Below, piece after piece: positions 52,169 to 64,000 of a DNA stretch of 64,000 bases. Each line of letters opens with the position of its first letter. Position 1 is the first letter of the stretch. The notes beneath the pieces are model-generated. The model was not told where the DNA came from. It worked only from the letters and a program-made list of their open reading frames with translations, and did not search any database. Both the position numbers and the translations under genes were made by a program. Source of the stretch: Octopus vulgaris (Eukaryota). The stretch covers positions 62,001-126,000 of the forward strand of contig OX597841.1 in assembly GCA_951406725.2 (NCBI GenBank), given 5' to 3'.

Positions 52169-55100
52169 GTAGATATGGTTTTTGTATTTGGTTATTCTTT
52201 ATGTGAATTCGTGTGTTAAAGCACAGTTTATTGTATGTGGGGAGAGTCATTCTCTTTTTAGTGCCTTATTAGTTAACACACGCACCGGTTCGATTTCCAC
52301 TCATTTACTTATTTTTTCTAAAATTTTCGTTACGTCTTTCAAAAGTCATTGAGCCTGTCCGTTATCAGGGCTGCGTTCCTTCTGTTTGTTTGTGCGCATG
52401 TGTGAGCGTTAGTGTGCATGTGTATACACATACGTATGTATATATGCATACATGTATGTATGTGTGTATGCATATATGTGTATGCATATATATATACATA
52501 TATGTGTGTGTATGCATGTGTGTACGTTTGTATGAATATATGCATGTGTGCACGTTTGTATTTATGTATGTATGTATATATGTCAGGTCACTTTCGAGTG
52601 CTACTGGTAACATGTAACCGAGTACAACCTGTTGCATTGTCGGGCCGTCGGCGAGTAAACCGGCAACCCCACCAAGCTTGCTTTGTGAGGAGCGTGTTTA
52701 TTCGACACCCTGCGGGATGAAAAACAAAACCCGTGAAAGGGCGGAGGAACTCTTGAGAGTCAATGGCCATCGAATAAATGTATTAAGGATGTATCATACG
52801 CGGGGACATAGAAATAATCGGACTGAATACCCGATCACGCGGTTAAACCATTGGGAGTGAAGGACTTCTAGCCTTTGATAAGCATCCTTCTAGGAGAAGG
52901 TAGCTCAGGTAACTGGGATAACTCCGATGTAAAACTGCTGCTCAGTGGTTGCCGATGATGTTGACTTGTTCTTCTTTTCGGATTATGGCTGCTGTTGCTT
53001 AGTCAGTGGGTTGACTCAGTGCAGAGCCCTTCCTCACTTAATAAAAAATCTTCTTGCACAGGCATTGCACGATAACAACATTGATTAAGCTTCGTGCAAT
53101 GGCCATACTCGATAACAAGGGGGCAGCCACCATGTATATATGTATGCATATTCTTGTGTTTGTGTGTGTGTTTGTTTGTGTGTGTGTTTGTGTGTGTATG
53201 TGCTTGTGGGATCGGGTGTATCTGCATGTAATGGAGATAAAAGCGAATGTATTATTCGGGTATTGCGATACTTGTCTTAACAGCAGATAATTATTAACAC
53301 ATTGTGTCATACAACTCGGCAAGCAATAACACGAGATCTTAAGTAATACTATGAAATAACAAGTTTACATAACACTTCCAGTTCTTGAGGTCATCCTGTA
53401 TTGAAGGTTAAGTGATATATACCAGATAGTATCATGGTAGCATATGAGACTTTTAAGTGAAGTGTAATTAATTATATTATATGATTCATTTTATCAGCAA
53501 ATACAATCATTCATCAACAGATGCTTGCGTAGTATACTTAAAATTAGATGACCCGAACACATAAGCAATATGGAGCTATGGCAAAGAACAAATCAAGTTT
53601 CGATTAGGGGGCAAATATTTAAGAAAAAGTAGAAGTGGATTCGTAGCACAATTATAAAAGACACACCAAATATAGTGAAAAGTGCTTTACAGTGTAATCC
53701 GGCTGGATATAGAAAATATGGTAGGCCTAAGAACTCATGGCGTAGATCAACAGAAGGAACTAGAGAAAGGGGGACATTCATAGAAGAGTATAAGTACAGA
53801 AGTGAAAAATTATGCGACATGGAATTCAACTCTAAGTGGCCTATACTCCGCGATGGAGGGTTAAAGGAAGGAAAAAAAAAACATACGTATGGAGCGAGTG
53901 ACCAATCAAAGTCTAATTTCGCATGTTAAACAGATTAATTTCGGTCAAGAGAATTACGAAGTAAAAATGAGAGTGGACATTAAGCTAACAGTGAAGGAAA
54001 TACATATTGAATTACCTCGATCTATTTAACTTGATCCATTTCTTTTTATTATGTGTGTATGTGCGTGCGTGTGTGGTTGTAAGCGTATGTGGTTGTATGT
54101 GTGTACTACATGCTCATTTATTTTACAGGTGAAACTGGTGATTTATAAAAACCAAACAGATGTGGTAACTATAATATTTGATGGACGAAATACAAACCTT
54201 CAAAGCTGGTTCTCTCACGAAAAGTTGAAAAATTCACCGTGGAACGACCTAGCTTCAGCCACTGGAGTTCAATTCTCAATTGAGGGATTTAGGTATGCAA
54301 ATATATATTTCATCTTCTTTTATTTTGTTATGTAGAGACCTACATTGTTAAAAAATGTCACTTTACGTACGCTATAGATAAATTTTAACACTATACATTT
54401 TGACGCGACACTTTCTGGTGCTGAACAACGCATCTCCAGCCTTTCAACATTATATCTTCATTTATTATAATATACAGAATGCAAATTTGAACTAATACTG
54501 CTTCCGTCTGTAATAATGAAATATATTCTGCCTCTTGACTAACAGCAACGCTGGTGATTTGTTAATCACTGTTTTTCTATACCGAGGCTAAATAGGTCTG
54601 CGCATGCGGATGTCAATGACTACTTCATATTGAAGTTTTGAAAGAAACAGGAATACGTACAGCGGGAAGACCGAAAATGTCTTGAAAGTCATAACATGCC
54701 GGCCGGATATAATATCACTTGGTGAGACAAGCTGACACTGAATCAGCTTCGCTGACTGACAGGTGACGGTCGTTTAGAGAATGCGCGGGCTAAAACTACG
54801 CGCCTTCACTACTCAGTTAAGGTGAGACAGGGTCACGTGACAACTTGCTGCGGCTGCCTGCTGGAGTCTCGTGGCAGGTATTTAAAGGGAGAATTTTGAC
54901 AAGTCTGTCGGTCACCGGCTGACACGCGCTGACGATACATCGAAGAGGCCCGGGAACAGAAGAAAGAAGACATGCACACAACACCAGAGCTGAAGACATC
55001 CCCGAAAGGGCTAGGGGCATCCCCCCACGTCAAAACGGTAGAGGAGTAGGGGCCGAAACCGGACGTGGTTCCTCCTGATGATGTCTTGAGCTAATGGATC

Positions 55101-56481
55101 CTACATAGGAGGTGTTGTGGTAGCAGACCACGAAACACGGTTGTATTTCCTCCTAGCAATTCCACCGCCGCTGGAAAAGGTTATTTCTCTATTGCTAATA
55201 TATTTCCGTATTTTTAACAACACACTTTTAAATTAAATGTTTTCCCGTGACAAACAGCTCAGTTTCCTGGATTTCACATCAAGAAGCATGTTTCAAAGTG
55301 GGAAACAGGAAAATATATTTTCACCTTAATGTGCTCATTTATTTGTTTCAGTCATTTGACTGTGGCCATGCTGGAGCACTGCCTTTAGTCGAGCAAATCG
55401 ACCACAGGACTTATTTATTGTAAGCGTAGTACTTATTCGATCGGTGTCTTTTGCCGAACCGCTAAGTTACGGTTGTGAAGGGATGTTGGGGCGACAAGCA
55501 CACACACAAACACACACACTAACACACACATACACACACACACACACGCACATACACATACACACACATATACACACACGCACACACATATATATTTACA
55601 TATATATGACGGGCTTCTTTCAGTTTCCGTCTACCAAATCCACTCACAAGGCTTTGGTCGGCCCGAGGCTATAGTGGAAGACAATTACCGAAGGTGCTAC
55701 GCAGTAGGACTGAACCCGAAAGCATGTGGTTGGTAAGCAAGCTACTTACCACACAGCCACTTTACCATAATTATATTTATTTGTATGCGTTGGGTTTAGA
55801 TATTTTTATGTTCCGTTATATTATTTCTTTTGACTAGAATTCATTTTATATTTATTTAGCGCTTTGATAAGATGTTTAATACAGGAAAATGTTATCGCTC
55901 GTATATTTGTGGCCGTTTGTGGATTTATTTATTTTTGTACCAAAGTGTATGCCTCGTGTGTAATTTCGCCTTTGTTGGCGTATTGATATTTGCGCATTTC
56001 TGCGTGTTTGTGTGAGCATGTGTGTGTTTGTATGTGTGTGTGTGTGTGTGTGTGTATGTGTGTGCGTACGTGTGTGTGTGCGTGTTTCAGTGCATATGTG
56101 TGTTTTTATGTCTGTGAGTGTTTAAACGCACATCTTTGTGTGTATACACATTTAGTATGGTACACAGGTGGCTCTTTTTAATTAATCACTGACTAATTCA
56201 ATTGCGTGTAGAGAACATACTGGTCTATTTAATAGATGTTTAGATTTTCATATTCTGAAACACAAACAAGTTTTATTTTTCTTTTTCTCCTTAGACTTGC
56301 ACGTCGCTTCTATATAACATTACATGGTTTTTGTGATGGGGACAGAGGCTGGTTGACCATCAATGAGGGACCACTTTACTGTCAGTGGGAAATGTCAGAT
56401 CACTACCCTATATTTCGTTATTCTGATACAAAATCGAAAGTTATATGGAACAACGGTAAGTGATATTGAATCTTCTGCGTG

Positions 56482-56537
<56 letters not shown>

Positions 56538-56803
56538 TGTGTCTTACTGTGAGTAGTAGTACTAAATGTTAATTTTGTACTTATTGTTCAGCAACCAATG
56601 AGGCTTGATTGAGCTGATTTATGAACAAAAGCATTCTGACCGAAAATCGACTGCTATTTCTAGTAATTCGAGTGACCACGTATAAAGCCCTCCCACGATA
56701 TATTTGAATGTCTTTTTGTTGTTGATGTTGTTATTTGTTACTTGCAGGTTATGCATTAGCAGACTCCATGGCCATATTCATCCGCCTGAGGCAGCAGAAC
56801 TAA
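50127..56803 (+). CDS. Copy E: intact 295-aa paralog. Exons 50127-50454, 51177-51355, 54129-54292, 56295-56455, 56748-56803
   Basis: Same exon lengths (328/179/164/161/56) and GT-AG sites as A; open frame to TAA. Confidence 0.9.
51520..51946 (-). mobile_element. Same intron-2 SINE insertion in copy E, 2 units (also copy F ~62685-63100)
   Basis: TSD GTTGTAAAGAAT; two tandem units. Confidence 0.8.
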
Positions 56804-58671
56804 CCCAGCACATGATACCCATTGATACTATTGATGTTGTTAACGTCCATACAATCCAGTTGACCACCACTGGTGATCCACATAAGTCACGTTTTACCTT
56901 TTAATAAAGAATCCATACAAATATTCTATCCAACATCGGTCTTTGAAGTTGTGATTCTCTTTCTCTCATTCCAGCTGTTGTTGTTCATATTCACCCAATC
57001 CAGCTGACCACCACTGGTGATGCACATAAGTCACGTTTTACCTGTTAATAAAGAATCCATATAAATATTGTATCCAACATCGGTCTTTTGAGTTGTGATT
57101 CTCTTTCTCTCTTTCTGAGAGCTGTTGTTGTTGTTCCAGTTCACGACTGTCCAGACAATATGTAAAAGAGATGTGTGTGTATGTGTGTGTGTGCGAGCGT
57201 GCGCGTATACACGTGCATGCGCGCACATGCGTACGTGCATGCGTTGTGCGTGTGTGTAGATAAATGAGGTTTTATCTCTGTGATGTTGGGGAAAGCTGGC
57301 AGAAACGTTAGCACGCCGGGCGAAATGCTTAGCAGTATTTCGTCTGCCGCTACTTTCTGAGTTCAAATTCCGCCGAGGTCGACTTTACCTTTCATCCTTT
57401 CTGGGTCGATTAAATAAGTACCAGTTATGCACTGGGTCGATATAATCGACTCAATCCATTTGTCTGTCCTTGTTTGTTCCGTCTGTGTTTAGCCCCTTGT
57501 GTGTAGTTGAGAAATAGGTATTTCGTCTGCTGCTACGTTCTGAGTTCAAATTCCGCCGAGGCCCACTTTGCCTTTTATCCTTTCAGGGTCGATAAATTAA
57601 GTACAAGTTACGCACTGGGGTCGATATAATCGACTTAATCCGTTTGTCTGTCCTTGTTTGTCCCTTCTGTGTTTAACCCCTTGTGGGTAGTAGAGAAAGA
57701 GGATGTGGGGGAAAGCTTTCAGCAAATCAAATAGATCAGAACAATGATACTAATTATACAAAGGAAAGTGAAACAATATCCGGCGTTTCGCCGAAATAGT
57801 CTTTCGGTTAGTCGCTCTAGTTTCATCAGTGGCGTGTTAAAGGGTGGTACTCTTCTGATTTCGTGACCGACGTTTCACGTTGATCTCTCTCCAGTTTCCA
57901 TTCTTGTGTTACAGGACAAACGTGGCAGCTCTACTGGAAGTGTGCATCAAGGTAAAATATGGATCAGTGAAATTGCTTCTCTAATCTTAATGTGTGTCAG
58001 CGGCTGCAATTCTTTGCAGGCTTTCAATACAATTAAGGAACAGCGCTCTACTGCGTATGTTTTAAATGGCCGGACAAGCGAGATGTTTTAAATGGCCGGA
58101 CAAGCGTGAAATACGAGGAGTGATAAGGACACCCATTAAACGTCACCGGTGACGTGGAGATTCAACAATTTACGATTTCCCATTGATGAGATGGCTTATT
58201 CTCTGCAAATTATTATGGTTCTGTATCCACGACAAACTTCGGTTCTGTGGAGTTAATACGAGAAAGGTGCCAAGAGAGCTTTTCGATGTGTATAAGCGCA
58301 ATCGTGTGGATTTTTGTCAATTCTAACTCGAACGCTTCAGCGATGAAGTTAAAGTTGTTTTGAGTGAGAGTAGACACGATTGATGAAATCGGGGCCCATA
58401 ACTTTGAGCCAGAATCGAAAAGGTTTAGTATGAAGCGGAAACGAAACGAATCACCAGTGGAAAAGAAATTCAAGATTCAACCTTCGGCAGAAAAATGTAA
58501 TGCTAAGCGTTTTGGGGGATGCAAAAGGTTCTTTATTGCAACATTGTCCCTTAAAAGGGGTCTACAGTGAAATGTTGGTTAACAAAGGGAAACCAGCAAT
58601 TCGTAACTAACGCCGATGTCTATTGTTGTAAGACAATGCACGCCCATAATCAGCCACCCACACATAGATAG

Positions 58672-58724
<53 letters not shown>

Positions 58725-58784
58725 TGATAGATAGATAGAAAGGTAGGGAGATAGATAGATAGTAGATAGATTGATAAAGCAATG

Positions 58785-58862
<78 letters not shown>

Positions 58863-58901
58863 GAGATAGATAGATAGATTGATTGATAAAGCAATAGATA
58901 A

Positions 58902-58975
<74 letters not shown>

Positions 58976-60144
58976 TACCTTATAACAAAGCACCGTTAAT
59001 TCCTAAGATACATGTAAAAACATGCAGAGTGAAACTGGTGAGAACTGTTCGCGTTATGCTTCGATGTCTGTAACTGTTGGCGTGTTTATTTGTCATGAAA
59101 TGAAGAAAATTATCTATTAACACATCAACTATCAATGGTTGAAATTAAGAGTGTACACAGGTTAGGACTAGGTTCTTGTTCCATCATCCACGGTGATTGA
59201 TTTCAATGATTTCCTATAATGAAAGTCTTCGGTATAGCGACCTCAATTGTTCTGCTTTTATATCTCCACTCACAGAAACACCAACATCACATCACGCTAT
59301 CACCAGGTATTAAAACTACAACGTCACTATCACAAACAGCGCAACAGCCTTACTACTAACATCGGAACGACGTCAGTAACCACACAGCCGTATTTTCTGC
59401 GAGCTTAGTGAAACGCATGTCTCTATTGAAGGCCCTTTTATTCTTCATAGCAATCAAAGGAGACATATTGGAAAATCTGGTTTATTTTTACTTCTGTGGA
59501 GAAAGAGTCAAATTAGTAAACAGTCTTGAACTAAGTTGATGGTTCTGCGTTTTGCTCATTTATGGACAGTCTATACGGGTTGATTATTTATGGACAGGTC
59601 TAAGTCTGTAAGTAATACTGATAAGAGAAATTAGGAGAGAAAGCAGTGGCCAGTACTGACGGTTACGAAGTGTTCAGACATCTGAAGACACAACTGTGGG
59701 TAATAGAGGGTAATATTGACGGGAGAAGACAGCAAGGGAAACAGTGATAAAGGTGTGACATTCACGAACCTTCCTTACAAGAAGTCCTTACAGAACCACC
59801 TGAAGTATACGCTCTCCGCCCTACCTCACTGAAAGTAAGTGTGCTTTCTATCACATTGCATTTTATGTGTTTGGGTATGTGTTATGGCTAGGATATGTTG
59901 GAGTTAATATTAGAGTGTGTGGGTGTGTGACAACAGTTGAAATAAGGGTGATTGCGCATGCAAACGCCAATCTTGCGCTCTTTCAATTGTTGTATCGAGT
60001 AAACGCTCTCTCTCTCTCTCTCTCACACACACACTGTTTCCCTCGTTTCGTTCTCTGTCACAGCTAGCTAACTAGCTATATATATATATATATATATGTG
60101 TGTGTCTATGTATGTATGTATGTATGTATGTATGTATGTATGTG

Positions 60145-60179
<35 letters not shown>

Positions 60180-60275
60180 GTATGATGTATGTATGTACGT
60201 ATGTATGTATGTATGTATATATATACATACATAAAAACAGACAGACAGACAGGCAGGCAAGCAGACAGACATATT

Positions 60276-60311
<36 letters not shown>

Positions 60312-61285
60312 TATCTAAAGTGTGCGCTCTCCGCCCTATCTCACTGAAAGTAAGTGTTTTTCTATCACATTGCATTTTGTGTGTTCGGGTACGTGTTATG
60401 GCTAGGATATCTTTCTCTCTCTCACACACACACACTGTTTCCCTCCTTTCTTTCTCTCTCACAGCTAGCTAACTAGCTATATATATATATGTGTGTGTGT
60501 GTGTATGTATGTATGTATATATATGTGTATATGTATGTATGTATGTATGTATGATGTATGTATGTATGTATGTATGTATGTATATATATACATACATACA
60601 TACAGACAGACAGACAGGCAGGCAAGCAGACAGACAGATGCAAAGGGCTTCCACATACTTTCCGGCTACCAGATTCCCTCTCTAGGCATTGGTTGGCCGG
60701 GCCAATACTAGAAGACACTTGCACAAGTAGCCGCTCAGTGGGATTGAACCGGGAAGCATGTGATTACCAAGAGAGCTCCTTAATCTTACAGCTGTGCCTG
60801 AACCTATATTCTATAGTCCCAGTTATTTATGGTCATGAATGAAGGCCCTAGAATTACTACCAATTCTTGAAAACCCTGGATATCTCAAACCAGGGCCCCG
60901 TAATACAACTTAAAATCTTCCCCGAATACAACTTAAAATCTTCTCCAGGACCTGCGTCTTTACCAATAACCGTAATATATTTTACATTTTTTATTCTAAA
61001 TTATATGTTATTCCTTTTGCGTTTTCTCTTCCGAACAACCTTCCTCTCACACACAAACACTTTCCATCTTCTCATTGTATCTCTCTCTTCTTTTTCAGGA
61101 TTTCTCTCTGTTACTCTCTAACTTTTTTCTTCTCTCCTTGTCTTTCTCTTCCCCGTTCTCTCTTTATTAAAATTCATTTTGTCTCATTGCTGAATCTCTT
61201 CATATTTCACCCCACCTCATTCTTTCTCTCTTTCATGCCATTTCTTTCCCCCTTCTGTCTACTTTTAGCAATCATAGAGTCAAGA

Positions 61286-61966
61286 ATGTTCCAGTCAGCT
61301 TTTACTCGTCCAGCTGCAATGGCAGTGCTGCTGTTAACCCTTACAACAATTCTGGTTGTTACCTCAGATCAGGAACTTGATGGCTACTACAAACGTTTGG
61401 GAACTGGTTATTCCTATGGTTATATTGGGACACCTCCAACAGAACAATTCTCCTCAACACGAAACCTCCTCGACTGCACCGCGCTCGCTCAGAGGAGCCA
61501 ATCGCAATTTTTCACTTACAACAAAGTCAGCCATGCTTGTAAGAATTACTCACCGAAAAATATAATGACAGTCGTCAGCACGAATAACAAGAACGAGATT
61601 TCCTTCTATAGAAGTAAGTGAATCTTCTTTATTATTACTGTTTTTCTTTTGTTCTTTTTTATTTTGCTTTTTGCGGTACCAGTTGAAGAGTGAGGTCAAT
61701 GAAATCGATTTACTTTTCTCTCCAATAATTTGCTGGCCTTGTGCCAAAATTTGAAATCAATATTAATATTGTTGTTGCTGTTTGTTTGTTTGTTTGTTGA
61801 GCGAAGCGGTCTCCGTCCCAGTAGTGGGAGAAGTCCGAAACGTGGTCCTTTGCTATTCGTAAGATAACACTTCCAATCACTTAAGATCAGAAGCCATGAG
61901 AGCCACTGTCAGGTACTGCATCAGGGTATTTATTATTATTATTATTTTTATTATTATTATTATTAA

Positions 61967-62021
<55 letters not shown>

Positions 62022-62036
62022 ATAATAATTATTATT

Positions 62037-62075
<39 letters not shown>

Positions 62076-62520
62076 ATTATTATATGAAATCTCACAACTT
62101 ATTTTGCTGGTTATTATGGAACGTGTCAGCTGTCCACAGCTTAGCAGACTAAGGTGACGCTTATTTACTGGCCATGCTTCAAGAACTCTGCAAAGAATTC
62201 TTACAGTTCCAAGCAATGCTTATTCTTTGAAGGTGTTCCACCTTCACACGTGCACCAATCTTTTTTAACCGTGTTGATAGCTAGGTGCTGATACCTCTAT
62301 CATCATTATTATTACTATTGTTGTTATAATTATTATTTCAGATAGCAAATGGATCAAAGTATATGCCATATCAAAGGGAGCTGGTTCGAAAGTCTATAAT
62401 TCATTCCTGAATATAGGACTTCCTTCAACCTGGAATGTGGACAAATGCAATGGTGCCTTTTGTCCTAACTTCTTCCGACATCCTTTCCTCGATTTCTGGA
62501 ACAATCTTCCAATTGATGAG
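61286..62520 (+). CDS. Copy F, partial: exons 1 (61286-61613) and 2 (62342-62520); gene continues beyond the window
   Basis: Exon-1 protein identical to copy E; exon 2 open; intron 2 collinear with E up to the window end. Confidence 0.85.
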
Positions 62521-63213
62521 GTATGTATGTTTATGCATGCACAAACGCGCGAGTGCGCAACACATTATTGTCTTCATAATCGTTATAATGATTAACCGGC
62601 TTTTAGATCAATTCAATTATGTTTGTAATATATTTGATTTCTAGAATTTATTTATTAGGTTGACGAAGTAGTGTTGTAAGGAATTTTTTTTTCCCATTTA
62701 CTACCCACAAGGGGCTAAACACAGAGGGGACAAACAAGGACAGACAAACGGATTAAGTCGATTACATTGACCCCGGTGCATAACTGGTACTTAATTTACT
62801 GACCCCGAAAGGATGAAAGGCAAAGTGGACCTCGGCGAAATTTGAACTCGGAACGTAACCACAGACGAAATACGTATTTCTTTATTACCCACAAGGGGCT
62901 AAACACCGAGAGGACAAACAAGGACCGACATAGGTATTAAGTCGATTACATCGACCCCAGTGCGTAACTGGTACTTAATTTATCGACCCCGAAAGAATGA
63001 AAGGCAAAGTCGACCTCGGCGGAATTTGAACTCACAACGTAACGCAGACGAAATACCGCTAAGCATTTCTCCCGGCGTGCTAACGTTTCTGCCAGCTCGC
63101 CGTTGTAAAGAATCTTATCTGCGGCAAACCGCAGTAATAAGAATGTTTATCATGAACGAAAGACTCTCCCTTCTTGGAGAGATTGAAAAAGATAGATAGA
63201 TAAATAGACAGAC

Positions 63214-63275
<62 letters not shown>

Positions 63276-64000
63276 GTAGATATGGTTTTTGTATTTGGTT
63301 ATTCTTTATGTGAATTTGTGTGTTAAAGCACAGTTTATTGTATCTGGGGAGAGTCATTCTCTTTTTAGTGCCTTATTAGTTAACACACGCACCGGTTCGA
63401 TTTCCACTCATTTACTTTTTTTTTCTAAAATTTTCGTTACGTCTTTCAAAAGTCATTGAGCCTGTCCGTTATCAGGGCTGCGTTCTTTCTGCTTGTTTGT
63501 GCGCATGTGCGTGCGTTAGTGTGCATGTGTATACACATACGTATGTATATATGCATCCATGTATGTATGTGTGTATCCATATATGTGTATGCATATATAT
63601 ATACATATATGTGTGTGTATGCATGTGTGTACGTTTGTATGAATATATGCATGTGTGTACGTTTGTATTTATGTATGTATGTATGTATGTCAGGTCACTT
63701 TCGAGTGCTACTGGTAACATGTAACCCATTACAACCTGTTGCATTGTCGGGCCGTCTGCGACTAAACCGGCAACCCCACCAAGCTTGCTTGGTGAGGAGC
63801 GTGTTTATTCGACACACTGCGGGATGAAAAACAAAACCCGTGAAAGGGCGGAGGAACTCTTGAGAGTCAATGGCCATCGAATAAATGTATTAAGGATGTA
63901 TCATGCGCGGGGACATAGAAATAATCGGACTGAGTACCCGATCACGCGGTTAAACCATTGGGAATGAAGGACTTCTAGCCTTTGTTAAAGCATCCTTCTA

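Overview
Eukaryotic, AT-rich, microsatellite- and SINE-dense DNA. The two tRNA-derived SINE types look like those of octopus, so the source is probably an octopod genome (inference). Most ORFs in the ORF track are microsatellite artefacts. The real content is a tandem cluster of one spliced gene family with 5 coding exons, encoding a ~295-aa secreted protein: signal peptide, a degenerate PAN/Apple-like N-terminal module, and a Trp/Cys-containing C-terminal domain I cannot name. Three copies are intact: A (+, 6579-12253), B (-, 33417-22733) and E (+, 50127-56803). Copy C (-) is lesioned. Copy D is a 3'-half cassette split between an orphan exon 3 (-) and exons 4-5 (+). Copy F runs off the window. 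Exon 4 is hypervariable and mosaic between copies while exons 2, 3 and 5 change far less. Two reciprocal breakpoints (~15472 and ~45065) show that one ~29.6-kb inversion explains all minus-strand copies. Other content: Penelope, mariner/Tc1, RTE, Gypsy and Helitron relics, and an ORF1-only LINE inserted at a TATA/Inr-like site that shares its 3' tail with the local SINE. There is also a hammerhead-like motif and a possible divergently oriented second gene.
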